Shown here in pieces: positions 10,687 through 21,857 of a DNA stretch of 64,000 nt (its first letter is position 1; every line of letters starts with the position of its first letter). The stretch lies in assembly GCA_002269645.1 (NCBI GenBank), contig NIVC01000598.1, forward strand, positions 248,001 through 312,000. Reading direction: 5' to 3'. Source of the DNA: Macrostomum lignano (taxonomy: Eukaryota). The translations under genes were made by a program, and so were the position numbers. Under the pieces are notes generated by a model, which was not told where the DNA came from, made no database searches, and was given only the letters and a program-made list of their open reading frames with translations.

Positions 10687-13600
10687 CCAACTTCCAAGAA
10701 AACTTTCTCTATCCTTACCTTAGAATGGCTTAGATATAATAGACTAAGTGAGAAAATACAAAAAATTGTTATAAAATTAATGTAAATTTTTGTGCTTGTA
10801 CAAGCTTGGTGCAGCCTTTTTTGACACAAAGTGACACACTTTATACCATAATCCTAAATCTAAGCATATACCTGCCACAAGACTTTTCAAGAAAATTTGT
10901 ATACTAAGTGTATGACAGCTAACACTAATGTGCACTAGAAATTTCTAGTGGAAATAACATGATCCTGAATGTGGCATTGTAGGGCCTTTCTACTTTTTTA
11001 TTTTCTTCTTGTTTTTGTTCATATCATAGTGGGTCATAGATAAGTTTAAAAAAATTAATAGATTAGTAAATACTAATACTAATAGAAAGAGAATAATTGA
11101 TTACAACTAATAGCTAGCATTTCAAATTTTAGAAGCTTTGTTGTTGTAGTCTTAGACTTAGATATCTCTCTCTTTTATAAAATTGAATATCCTTTTAGAG
11201 CTTTACTTTTGACTTTGTGATTTATTGTGATTTCATGGAAAATCAAGGTATATAATTGGCAAACACAGTGTGCAACTGATGAGCATAGTTGTATAGTTAT
11301 ACAAGCCCAGTTGTATTGCAATTTATCTAAATAATGTCAGAGGAAAAATTTTCGGACATAAAGGTATGTTATCAACCTGGCCTGATCACAAAAACACAAT
11401 ACCAGGTCCAGGACCCACAATGACTTGACTACAAGCACAAGGATTAGTATTGCAATTCCATTCCAACCTTAAGGCTTAACTGATTAAATAAGGTTTCATC
11501 GAAAAAAGGATCAACTCAATACGCAAAACAATTTAACAAAGTAGGCCCTGGACGTACGTGAACTAAACTAAAATTAAAACCATGTTCCTGCCTCTATAAT
11601 ACTAAAGAAAACTATGGTATGACTGGTATAAATTTAATAATATTATATTAATATATTAATGTCACTTATCTACAGTGCATACGCTTTTGAGAAATTTGAT
11701 TATCAAATTGTAAAAGAAACTTTATTTCATATATATAGACAGTCGATAGCAATTAGTTTTTGTTTAAACGAGAAATACATAAAATGTTGTTTTATTTATC
11801 ATTTTTTTAATTTCTGCGGTGTTACCGGAGCTTGATACAATTAAGAGTTCCAATATTTTTTAGATTATTTGACTCAAAACAGGACAGCCGGAAGTCTTTA
11901 TAGCTTCGCTTCCAAAATCCTAATCTTATTTTGCGTTAATACGAATCTAGGTTATATACATCTCAGAATATTTTGGTAAGCTGTCCTGAGACCGTAGGTG
12001 TCCCAGAAATTGAAGAGAACATGTTTGCAGTAGGGCAATCTGATTAGCAGCGACTGAAGTCGAATGTTAAAGTAATACCTCTTGAGCTGCCAATTTTTTG
12101 GTGAAGCGAGGTTCATGTTTTCATTTGTTATTGAGATTTTTGAATCTTCAGTCTGCATTGAAGCAGTCGGCGAGGTAGCGCTTTGTATGCATTTGTTTGG
12201 TCGATAATTTTTCTATTGCCTGAAAAAGGCCAATTCGCTGCATATGATCAGCTTTGAACTAAAACCTAGTCCCAGAGTTCATAAAACTCGAACCAAATGC
12301 AAAACATATATACTCAGCAACATTGAAGTCGCCCACCCTTTCCAGCAGTAAGCGACTTCTCTCGGGCTGATCGAGGAAGACTTTTCTGAATTAAACAAAT
12401 TGTAATTCGAATGTTGCTGCCAACTTTACCAAAACTAAATAAATTATGTTATCTTTCTTTTTGTATTACACCAGCTATTGCTCAGCGTTGTGCCTACGTT
12501 ATGTATGGCCCTGCGGTGCAGTGCGAGTGTAATACAACCTGCAAGCGAGATCAGAGTCGAGAAGTTGTTTTCTGGAACACAAAGGCGTGGCGACTTTTCA
12601 ATGTTGCCGAGTATAAATGTGACAGAAAATTAAATAACGAACTTATAGCCAAATAAATCTAACCAACTTGTAGATCAGTTAAACTTTGCATGAGCATATG
12701 CAAGACTAACAACCGTAGATGAAAATTTTATATCTGAGAATATAAATAAGGTACTGTAGAAGTTTTATACATCACATCCGAAATATATACATCTTTGAAA
12801 TACATATAAACAGAAGATAGAGGATTAATTTTACCAAACAACTTCAGTAAGCTTTTCTATTAATTAACACAATTATTGATTATTATTGGCTATTTTTGGC
12901 TTTATTAGATCTTCAGGTTGTCTGATTCAATACACCTGTGTACAGAATTAGGGTATGATAGCAGTTATGCCATAGTTATAAGTACAATGAATCGAATCTG
13001 ATTACACGCCAAAGAAATAGTTCTATCAGTTAATACAAAAAAAGCTGCGTGCAAGCGCATTAAAAGACATTGATCTATGCTGATAATCACGTACTACAGT
13101 GAACTCTGGAGTATGCAAAAAACCTGAATTCACATTTAAACTGGATGAGCTTCCAGTGCGTTTGGTTTTTGTAACCAAGACGACTATATCGGATAAACAA
13201 AATTTATTCTAGCAGTGGGAAAAAGGAATGTGAAAACAGCGCACAGTAGAAATGCGATTTCTCCAGCTAATTGTAATTTGTTGAACAAAAAATTTCTATT
13301 CAGAAGTCTTCTGAACCATCATCAATCCCAAAACGGTAACGAAGCATTCTCTACACTCGACCATTTCCTTTCCGAGCTGGAGTGCGGCAACACGGGTACA
13401 CAAAAGTCCCAAAAGTTTTCCGAAACGATTAAAATGAGATAAATTTACTTTTAGGACCAATGGGCGATTCAAATTCGTAGGGCCAACCCCCCTAAGAGTC
13501 ACTTTGAGACGTTTTATTGTCTGCGACTCTGAAACGATCTGAGTCGGATCTGAGGCGTGCTGGAGTCGCTGTAGATTCATTGAATTATGAATTACAATCA

Positions 13601-13839
13601 CATTTCACATTTATAACAACTCTTACTTAGTGTACTTGAGTTAGTAGTAAGCTAACTTCTGCAACTCAACAATCGCCTCTCCATCGCATTACAGTCGTTT
13701 GAGCCGTTAACTCAAACGATTATTGTCACGGTAACGTTTTCAACGAGCAGCCTCCAACAAGCGCCCTGCAAGCTAACTAAACCTACATCGAACGCATCAG
13801 CAAAGTGGGTCAAGTGGCATCATAACAAACAAGCCAAGC

Positions 13840-16800
13840 TCAGCCCAGCTTCTTGAGCTTCTCCAGCAGAGTCTCGCTCGCGCCCAGTCGTCTCAGGTGC
13901 TCAATCTGGCGGCTAATTGGCCAGCTGAGCACTGGACGCTGCTGTCGTTGAATGAAGCTGATGCCGCCGCCGCCCCGCTCCAGCACGGCAGCCTCCATCA
14001 GGCCGCGCTGCTGCATTACCTCCCGCTCGTTGCCGGCCTCGGCAGCTTGGTGGAGCCGCTTGGCAATGGCGGTGATGCGGCTCCAGGCCGCCTGGTCGCG
14101 CGGGCTGGCCATGAGGCCGGCCAGCTGGTCCAGGCTGCGCTTTGTCAGGTCCGGCGCCAGCCGATCAAGGTCGGGCGCCAGCAGCATCAGCTGCTCAGCG
14201 AATGCGTTCAATGTCAGCGAGGTCATGGGCGGCCGAGCGCGGAGCAGAGGGTACACATCCGGCTGCGAGTGGGAGAAAATATTGCTACAGACTGAGCACA
14301 AATGCGCTCCGTACTTGGAGATGGAAACACTACAAGGCACAGGCCTGGATCCTATAGTACATAATCTCACACAAAAGCAAGTCTCACAATCCAAAGAACG
14401 AGTCTTAACTCTCACATACCAATAGTAAAATTTTATCTTCTAACACACAAATCTCACCCCTCAACAAACAAACCTCACGCGTCAATAATCAAATTGTTAT
14501 GCCTTATGATCCGTTAATGCAGCCAATACGTATGTGCTTAAACTGTGTCTATGTCCAAACTTTGTTAATCCTTCGATACAATACAATACAATAAATACAA
14601 TGGCCACCGGCCACAAGTGGTCAGGAATGGGGGGGGACATTGTCAAAAAGCACGCTTAGCTGCGCAGTCTCTGATGAAGGTAGCGCCATTGATCTGATCA
14701 GGCGCCCTGGCGTCTTCTGTCAGACAGTCGACGAACCTCCGGGTCCGCGCCTGCCCCCGCCGGAACGGGCCCTGCTGCGTGTACAGCAAGACCTCCTGCA
14801 GCGGCTCCGGGCAGTAGGACTCGGCGCGAATGACGTGGCCCGCCAGCTTCAGGCGGCGCTGTCGCAGGGTCACGCTGGGAGGGCTCAGCTTGGCCCGCTG
14901 GTAGAGAGCCTGGTTGGTGACGTGTTCGGCGTGACGGTGCACGCTGAAGGCAGCGCGCAGCAGGCTGGAGTGCGCCGCGTCCAGCTGGCGCTCCAGCACA
15001 TCCGTCATGGTCCAGGTCTCGGCGTTGTAGAAGAGCACCGTTTCCACCACCGCCTGGAACAGTCTGGTTCTCAGCTGGTCTGGCAGGGCGTCGCTTTGGA
15101 GCACGATGCGCACTGAGCGGAAAGCCGCCCACGCAAGCCCTCTGCGACGCCGCAGGTCCTCCTGGACGCTGGGCACGAGACCACCAAGGTACCGGAACTG
15201 CTCACATCGGGGGAGCGGTGCTGCCGTTGCGCTGTCCATGCTGGGAAGGCGGATGACCGCTGGCAGATCGGCTGGCACAGTCAGGACCTCCGTCTTCTTG
15301 GCGTTGATCTTAAGGCCAACCTTCGCAGCGGCAGCAGCTAGGCCGTCGAGGAGGCGTTGAGCACCAGCAGCAGTGGATGCCAGCAGGGCGAGGTCATCAG
15401 CATATCCGAGGACTGCCAGCCGCTTCTCCGGGTGCCGGCTGCTCGTTCGCCTGCATAGGATGTAGCCGTCCGAGTTGTCCGGTAGTCCTGTCCGCAGCAC
15501 CCAGTCCAAGATGAGGATGAGCAGGAAGGGAGCGAGGGTGTCTCCTTGCAGGACTCCGGATGAGGTGGTGAAGAAGTCGGAAAGGCCGTCAGGTGTGATC
15601 ACAGCAGCGTGCGTGTCGTGGTAGAGCGCCATCACTGCTGCAATCAGTTTCTCTGGCACGTTGTAGGCTCGGAGAACTAGTGGAATCACGCCTCGAGCCA
15701 CCGAGTCGAAAGCCTTCAGGAAGTCGATGAACAGACAGAAAAGGTCCGACTGGCGAATGCGCGATTCCTCGATAATTCTCCGGAGCGCCAGAATTTGCGT
15801 GACTGTACCACGTCGTGGCCGGAACCCATTCTGCTCGTACCGCAGGTAAGGGTCCAGCACTGGCTGCAAGCGCGACAGTAGCAGCTTGTTGTGCAGCTTG
15901 GCGGCACAGGACATCAGGGAGATGCCCCGATGTTCTTCAATCTTGTTGGTGCCCGGCTTCTTGGGGATTCCGACGATATGTGCTCGGGTCCACTCCGGAG
16001 GTGCGACGCCAGTATCGAGAACGTTGTTGATCACCCTGGCGATCTCCTGGGCGACCTTGGGCAGTCTGAGCACCTCGTTGGGAACTTCGTCGGGACCCGT
16101 TGCCTTGCCGCCTGGGATCTTCTTGGCGAGCTGACAAACATCGATTGCGGTCACATGGCCGGTACAGAAATGATGCGAAGGCGGCAGTGGCGTGTCAGGG
16201 GGCAGCGCCAGCACATCAGGGAGCGCAGGTGGTGGCGCATTCACTATGCTAGCGAAAAAGTCCCGCAGGCTGTTCTTGCGCTCATCCGGCGTGTCCCCAA
16301 CCAGGTTGAGCGCCGTGCGTTGCTTCCTGCCAGTGAGGGTGTTGATGGCAGTCCACACGGTGCCGCTTTTCCTGTCCGGGGCGGCGGAGGTGACGGCGCG
16401 GATGGCCTCGCTCACGGCAGCCAGCTGCTGCTCTTTGTAGACAATGGCGAGGGCCTTTTCCGCCTCGTCTGTTGTGTGCCTGCTCCTCCTGAGTCGCTGC
16501 ACTCGATCTTGGGCCTCTCTGATCGCTGGGTCGCTCATCCACACTGGTTGTGAGCGCTGCGGTGGACGCACGAGTGGTAGCGTGCTTTCCGCCGCGGTGT
16601 GGATTGCGTCGCATATGTCACCATACTGAGCGTTGTGGGTGTCGCCCAGCGCGGTGGAGAAGGCGCGAGAGAAGCGGTTCCTAGTTGCTGGGTTCCGCAG
16701 TGCTCTAAAGAAACGCCTCGGTCTTTTCTTCGGTGGTCGGTACAGGGGGTCACGGAGACGCAGGTCACAGAACAGCAACTTATGGTCTGACCCCACGGCC

Positions 16801-19800
16801 AGTGGTCTGACGGTGTCGCAATTCAATGCTCGGCGGCGTTCGCGAGTGCGCAGTAGCACGTGGTCTAACTGCGCTAGCCTGCAAGTCGCGTTACGGCCGG
16901 TTGCATTTCGCCTTCTCCGTTTACAGCCGGTAAAGGTCGCGAGCCGGCTGGCAGGTTTGCGGAAGGTGGTATTTGCGGACACCAGATCGTGCTGCTCTGT
17001 CAGACTCACCAGCGCATCAGTGTTTGGATTCTCGCGTGAAGTCACATAAGGGGCGCTAGCGGATCGACGCATCACCGCATTCAGATCGCCAAGCACCACC
17101 AGAGTGTCTCGCTGCGCGATGGTTTCTAGTTGAGCCGACAGGAGATCGTAGAACCTGCCAGCTTCTTCTGGGTGGGCAGCTGTCGGCGCGTACGCGCAGA
17201 AGAGGCGCGAGTTGCGGTTACGTAGGCGAATGTCAACCCGCATCAGTCGGGGGCTCAGGGGGAGACAGCGCACGCTTTGTCGCAGCCGAGGGTTTACAAG
17301 GGCACCGACCCCGCCACGTCCTTTCTTGTCCGCGGAGGTGTAGAACAGTGTCCAGCCGCCACCAAGGTCTTCCACTTGCAAGTTGGGTCCGCTGACGATG
17401 GAATGCTCTTGCAACATCAGGATGTCCAAACGCAGATCTTGGGCGAGTTGGGCAACCAATCCTCTTCGCCAGGTTGCCTTCAGAGTGCGGCAGTTGAAGG
17501 TTGCCAATCTAAGCGTGCAGTTTGGTACGGCTGGGGCCCGCTGACATTGGGCCTCATGGTCTCCGGCGCCACCCGGCAGATCCAAATCCTCAGTGGACGG
17601 GGTGGGCTGGCGGCGCATGTTGGATCCGCGCAGCCGGCCTCTGCGATTCCGTTCACGACGCCTCTCAATCCGACGCCAAACGCTCCGCTTGCCCCGTCTC
17701 ACTTTGGTGCTGACTTTTGCAGCCGCAGCCGGGGGGCGCGGCTCACCGAGCCGACCGAGGAGAGCGCAGTCTGATGCAGGTGCTGCTGCTGCGTCACCAG
17801 GAGGCGTCAGCATTATACTTGCACATCAGTGTAAATATAAGTGGCTCTGTAAATATAAGTGGCTCTGTAAATATAAGTGGCTCTGTAAATATAAGTGGCT
17901 CTGTAAATATAAGTGGCTCTGTAAATATAAGTGGCTCTGTAAATATAAGTGGCTCTGTAAATATAAGTGGCTCTGTAAATATAAGTGGCTCTGTAAATAT
18001 AAGTGGCTCTGTAAATATAAGTGGCTCTGTAAATATAAGTGGCTCTGTAAATATAAGTGGCTCTGTAAATATAAGTGGCTCTGTAAATATAAGTGGCTCT
18101 GTAAATATAAGTGGCTCTGTAAATATAAGTGGCTCTGTAAATATAAGTGGCTCTGTAAATATAAGTGGCTCTGTAAATATAAGTGGCTCTGTAAATATAA
18201 GTGGCTCTGTAAATATAAGTGGCTCTGTAAATATAAGTGGCTCTGTAAATATAAGTGGCTCTGTAAATATAAGTGGCTCTGTAAATATAAGTGGCTCTGT
18301 AAATATAAGTGGCTCTGTAAATATAAGTGGCTCTGTAAATATAAGTGGCTCTGTAAATATAAGTGGCTCTGTAAATATAAGTGGCTCTGTAAATATAAGT
18401 GGCTCTGTAAATATAAGTGGCTCTGTAAATATAAGTGGCTCTTAATCCTTCGAGTTGTAAGCGAGTATATCAATACCATCGTTCAGTGTGTATGCCTTCA
18501 GTTCCAAAATACAAGCGCTCGATTTGGCTTGGCCGCAAGCACGACGATGCCCCTAAACTCTCATTGACTGACAACTAAATAACATTGTGCTCCACATAAT
18601 TAGCCATGATGACAATGGCGTCGCATCTTGGCAACCTGGACCTGAGCAACGCTGAGCGAGCACTGACATGGCTGAAAGCATTCAAGGCTCTGGCCCGCGC
18701 CAAGAAGTGGATGGATTCGGCGGAATCGAAAACCATCGCAGACAACTTTGTGGCCTCCTGTGGACTAGCCAGCCTTGAGAAGATTACGCACCAACTGAAA
18801 TTGAGAATTTATCGTTCCAAGAGCTGGAGACTGCGATCACTGCCTACCTGCAGCCCAAGAAGCGCCTGGTGGTGGCTGAACGGACGAAGTTCTTTGCCCT
18901 CCGTCAGAGCAAAGACGAATCTATCGCAGATTTTCTCTCTTGCCTGAGGAAGGCGGCGGCCCATTGCGAGTTTGATAAACTGAAGGATTGCCAGAGCCCG
19001 GAGGAAGAAATGGTACGGCTGGCACTATTGGCGGGGATGTGCAACGTGGATCATCAACGGCGTGTGCTCAGCACGATGCAGGATACGGCTAAGGAGTTGT
19101 CAATCTCGGACATCGTCGATCACGTCCGGAACCTGGAGCAGGTCGCAAAATTCGTGGAGCGTAACGAGACATCCGGAATGCCACCGACTACAGAGAATTT
19201 CGGCGGCCGTGGAGTCGAAGGAGTTGTGCATTTTGCCAAGGCCGGTCATCCACCGAACGCTGCGAACACTCAGGCTCGTAAAATCCTTGATTGCAAGTAC
19301 TGTGGCAAATCTCAAATCGCAGGCATGTGCCCTGCCTACGGAAAGACATGCACAAAATGTAACAAGCGCAACCATTTCGCCTCGGTGTGCCGCTCCAAAG
19401 TTTCATCGGGGAAAGGTGTTCATCATGCAGAGGCTACGTTCAACGATTCGAACTCTGATTGCCCCGATCTTCTCCATCTCTCTGCTGCGGGCCAAGTACA
19501 CGCTATTTCAGAGGCCTCCGAGACCATGCTACTCGATGGAGTCAAGATCCCCATGCAGGTGGACACTGGTGCCTCCGTCTCTGTGCTGTCATCGAAGATA
19601 TGGGACGACCTGAATCAGCCGAAGCTGGAAAAGTGCAATCGGCGGCTAGAAGCGTACGATGGGCACAGCCTGAAGACGCTGGGAAAGCTTGTAGCGGTTG
19701 TCGAACTGCGTAAACGCCTGCACCCGGTAGAGCTTATGGTTGTTTCATCCTCAAAACCATTCGGCCTTTTGGGGAGAGACTTGCTAGACTCGGATGCCCT

Positions 19801-21857
19801 CTTCCACGCATCCGCCGTTCCGGAACCGCCTAAAGTGGAGCCCCTACCAACAATCAAGGGTGTTAAAGCTCACATGGAGCTTGTTGAGGGGGCCAAGCCC
19901 CAGTTCTGCCGCGCTCGTCCTATCCCACTAGCCATGGAGGAGCAGATCAATGCTGAGCTGGACAAGCTGCAACAAATCTCACCCCGCAACACACAAATCT
20001 CACCCCGCAACACACAAATCTCACCCCGCAACACACAAATCTCGTCCCGCAACAAACAAATCTCAACCCGCAACACACAAATCTCGTCCCGGAACAAACA
20101 AATCTCACGCGCCAATAATCAAATCTCATCATCTAACACACAAATCTCACCCCGCAACAAACAAATCTTAAGGTCCCTAGCAGGTCAGACTCTCACCCTG
20201 CCAGCCGTGACCTCATTGATAAGCTTATCCAATTCCAGCTGTTTGTTAAGCAGGTCCAGGCAGGTCTGCGCAGCGCCCAGGAGGCCCCGGCTGGCGCCAG
20301 TCTCGCTAACCTTGAAGCGGCGCAGGGCGGAGGCGCGCATGGCCGGGTCGGAGTTGTTAGACAGCGCCCGATCCAAGTTCATGGCGGCCACGGCGTCAAT
20401 GTCGGGCGGCTCGCCAGTGGCGGCGGGCACGTAGGACAGCAGGCAGTCTTTGTACTCCTCGATCTCGTCGGCCTGCTGCAGGTGGGCCAGCCAGTGCAGC
20501 ACAGCCTGGCCGCGCAGCTGGTTGCGGCAGGCCTCCTCTTTGAACACCGTCGGCTTCAGGCTGCGCCGGAGGAACAGCAGCGAGGCGATGACGGCGTCGC
20601 CGTCGCAGAATTTGACAGCCTGCTGGAGCAGAATCCGCTTGCCCTCCATGCTGCGGAACAATGGGTCGCCTAGCCAGTCTGTTAGCACCGTCTGCAAATG
20701 CCAAGTGCGAATGAGACTACTAACAGTAGGCCGAATACGGAGTTAACTTAGAGCGCCTTCTAGCTATTTGCAAAGACACCTACCTGATGTCGAAGCTTTT
20801 GTCGTAAGATAAAATTGACGCGATCGATCTGAAAAATGCATTAGAGAAGCTGTGAATCGGGGGGCCAATTGGCGGGCTCTGTGAGAGGTAGGCGGGATGG
20901 AACTGGCGGGCTTTGTGAATGGCAGGCGGGATGGAAGTGGCGGGTAGACGGGATGGAAGTGGCGGGTAGGCGGGATGGAAGCGGCGGGTAGGTGGGATGG
21001 AAGCGGCGGGTAGGTGGGATGAAGCGGCGGGTAGGCGGGATGGAAGCGGCGGGTAGGCGGGATGGAAGCGGCGGGTAGGCGAGATGGAAGTGGCGGGTAG
21101 GCGGGATGGAAGTGGCGGGTAGGCGGGATGGAAGTGGCGGGTAGGCGGGATGGAAGCAGCGGGTAGGCGGGATGGAAGTGGCAATCGGTTTCTACAACTG
21201 TTCAAGACCGCAACGCAAAGTATTCTCACAGTGGTGTTGAATTTAGCGGGCAATCTCTCTGGCTGTTTGGCATCGATAAGGCAGTGCCTGCAGTAGGGCA
21301 GGTACATATGGTAATACCTGTCGTCTGGCCGCAGCTCTAAACCGCACGGGCCGCTACACTCTGTGGATGGAAAAGATATGAGCAAGAATAATGCTGCTAG
21401 CCGATAATAGGATTAATAATTAAAGCACACGAATTTGGTTTAAAGCTATTTGCAACACAGATTACGGGTAGGGATTCACTCACTGATCAATTTCATTGCA
21501 GGCTGGTCAGCAATGACCGACTTTGGAGCAGTTGGAATGCTTGGGCCTGAAAAGTTTTTTGACCACTCATTTAAGTAACAATAAAAATAATTATAGAAAA
21601 AAGTTCAATGAGCAAATATTTGTTAATTACCTTTTTTAGCTGCTATCTGGGCAACTTTATCCTGAGTTGGGTCATCCCAGAATGTGACACCCCCATTCTA
21701 AAACAAGAAACAAACAGCCAGTAAACTTACTGCTAAAATGAATGAGTGAATAGAGTCACATAAGGCAAACCTTTGAAGAGCCTTCATCAAAGTCAAACGC
21801 CTTGATATTGCTGCTGTACCAATCTATGTTCTCAGTAGATTCCTCGAGAGAATTCAT
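13840..21857 (-). CDS. VIPAS39: VPS33B-interacting protein / SPE-39; exons 21771-21857, 21631-21697, 21484-21546, 21318-21360, 21230-21287, 20197-20691, 13840-14262
   Basis: N-terminus MNSLEESTENIDWYSSNIKAFDFDE resembles the VIPAS39 N-terminal W-xx-S-xx-KAFxFD motif. FRSMEGKRILLQQAVKFCDGDAVIASLLFLRRSL matches the conserved core. All seven exons join with GT-AG sites in consistent phase. Similarity of the last exon is weaker. Confidence 0.82.
14577..18441 (-). mobile_element. Full-length RTE-clade non-LTR retrotransposon including a 5' tandem array
   Basis: 12-bp TSD TTAATCCTTCGA at 14565-14576 and 18442-18453, (ATTGT)n 3' tail at 14577-14600, and a single EN-RT ORF. Confidence 0.93.
14643..17813 (-). 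CDS. RTE retrotransposon ORF: APE endonuclease + reverse transcriptase (1056 aa, uninterrupted)
   Basis: APE motifs LATFNCRTL, MLQEH, YAPT, LGDLN, QLDH and GSDH; RT motifs RGISL, QNGFR, FIDFLKAFDSV, GVLQGDTLAPFL, YADDL and FRYLG. Confidence 0.96.
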   Translation of the reverse strand: MLTPPGDAAAAPASDCALLGRLGEPRPPAAAAKVSTKVRRGKRSVWRRIERRRERNRRGRLRGSNMRRQPTPSTEDLDLPGGAGDHEAQCQRAPAVPNCTLRLATFNCRTLKATWRRGLVAQLAQDLRLDILMLQEHSIVSGPNLQVEDLGGGWTLFYTSADKKGRGGVGALVNPRLRQSVRCLPLSPRLMRVDIRLRNRNSRLFCAYAPTAAHPEEAGRFYDLLSAQLETIAQRDTLVVLGDLNAVMRRSASAPYVTSRENPNTDALVSLTEQHDLVSANTTFRKPASRLATFTGCKRRRRNATGRNATCRLAQLDHVLLRTRERRRALNCDTVRPLAVGSDHKLLFCDLRLRDPLYRPPKKRPRRFFRALRNPATRNRFSRAFSTALGDTHNAQYGDICDAIHTAAESTLPLVRPPQRSQPVWMSDPAIREAQDRVQRLRRSRHTTDEAEKALAIVYKEQQLAAVSEAIRAVTSAAPDRKSGTVWTAINTLTGRKQRTALNLVGDTPDERKNSLRDFFASIVNAPPPALPDVLALPPDTPLPPSHHFCTGHVTAIDVCQLAKKIPGGKATGPDEVPNEVLRLPKVAQEIARVINNVLDTGVAPPEWTRAHIVGIPKKPGTNKIEEHRGISLMSCAAKLHNKLLLSRLQPVLDPYLRYEQNGFRPRRGTVTQILALRRIIEESRIRQSDLFCLFIDFLKAFDSVARGVIPLVLRAYNVPEKLIAAVMALYHDTHAAVITPDGLSDFFTTSSGVLQGDTLAPFLLILILDWVLRTGLPDNSDGYILCRRTSSRHPEKRLAVLGYADDLALLASTAAGAQRLLDGLAAAAAKVGLKINAKKTEVLTVPADLPAVIRLPSMDSATAAPLPRCEQFRYLGGLVPSVQEDLRRRRGLAWAAFRSVRIVLQSDALPDQLRTRLFQAVVETVLFYNAETWTMTDVLERQLDAAHSSLLRAAFSVHRHAEHVTNQALYQRAKLSPPSVTLRQRRLKLAGHVIRAESYCPEPLQEVLLYTQQGPFRRGQARTRRFVDCLTEDARAPDQINGATFIRDCAAKRAF
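17831..18442. repeat. Perfect tandem array, 34 x 18 bp GTAAATATAAGTGGCTCT (element sense AGAGCCACTTATATTTAC)
   Basis: 612 bp = 34 units; no variant unit seen on reading. Confidence 0.97.
19968..20165. repeat. Intronic minisatellite, 21-bp unit CAAATCTCACCCCGCAACACA; related degenerate units at about 14440-14494
   Basis: Tandem copies seen directly; similar units lie on the far side of the Gypsy/LINE insertion. Confidence 0.9.
20885..21183. repeat. Intronic minisatellite, 22-bp unit GCGGGTAGGCGGGATGGAAG(T/C)G
   Basis: Tandem copies within VIPAS39 intron 5. Confidence 0.95.

Larger units (their letters stand above)
14495..19975 (+). mobile_element. Gypsy/Ty3 (Mag-like) LTR retrotransposon remnant: candidate 5' LTR split by the LINE, gag, zinc knuckle, aspartic protease and start of RT
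   Basis: ORFs 18606-18947 and 18869 onward, frameshifted near 18800: RQxxxESIADF...LRKAAAHCEF, CKYCG...CPAYGKTCTKCNKRNHFASVC, MQVDTGASVSV, KPQFCRARPIPLA. Truncated at about 19970. Candidate LTR starts TGTTATG at 14495; its 3' end and PBS are uncertain. Confidence 0.85.

Noticed and set aside
17593-18567. Long ORFs (CKYKWL)n, (VNISGS)n and (SHLYLQ)n; the last is in frame with the RT ORF across a single TGA
   Set aside because: An 18-bp unit is a multiple of 3 and five of its six frames lack stops, so open frames are expected. Nothing supports translation or read-through.
18454-18605. Gypsy LTR 3' end and primer-binding site
   Set aside because: AAAATACA at about 18513 is a plausible LTR end, but no clear TGG-initiated PBS follows and no second LTR survives for comparison.
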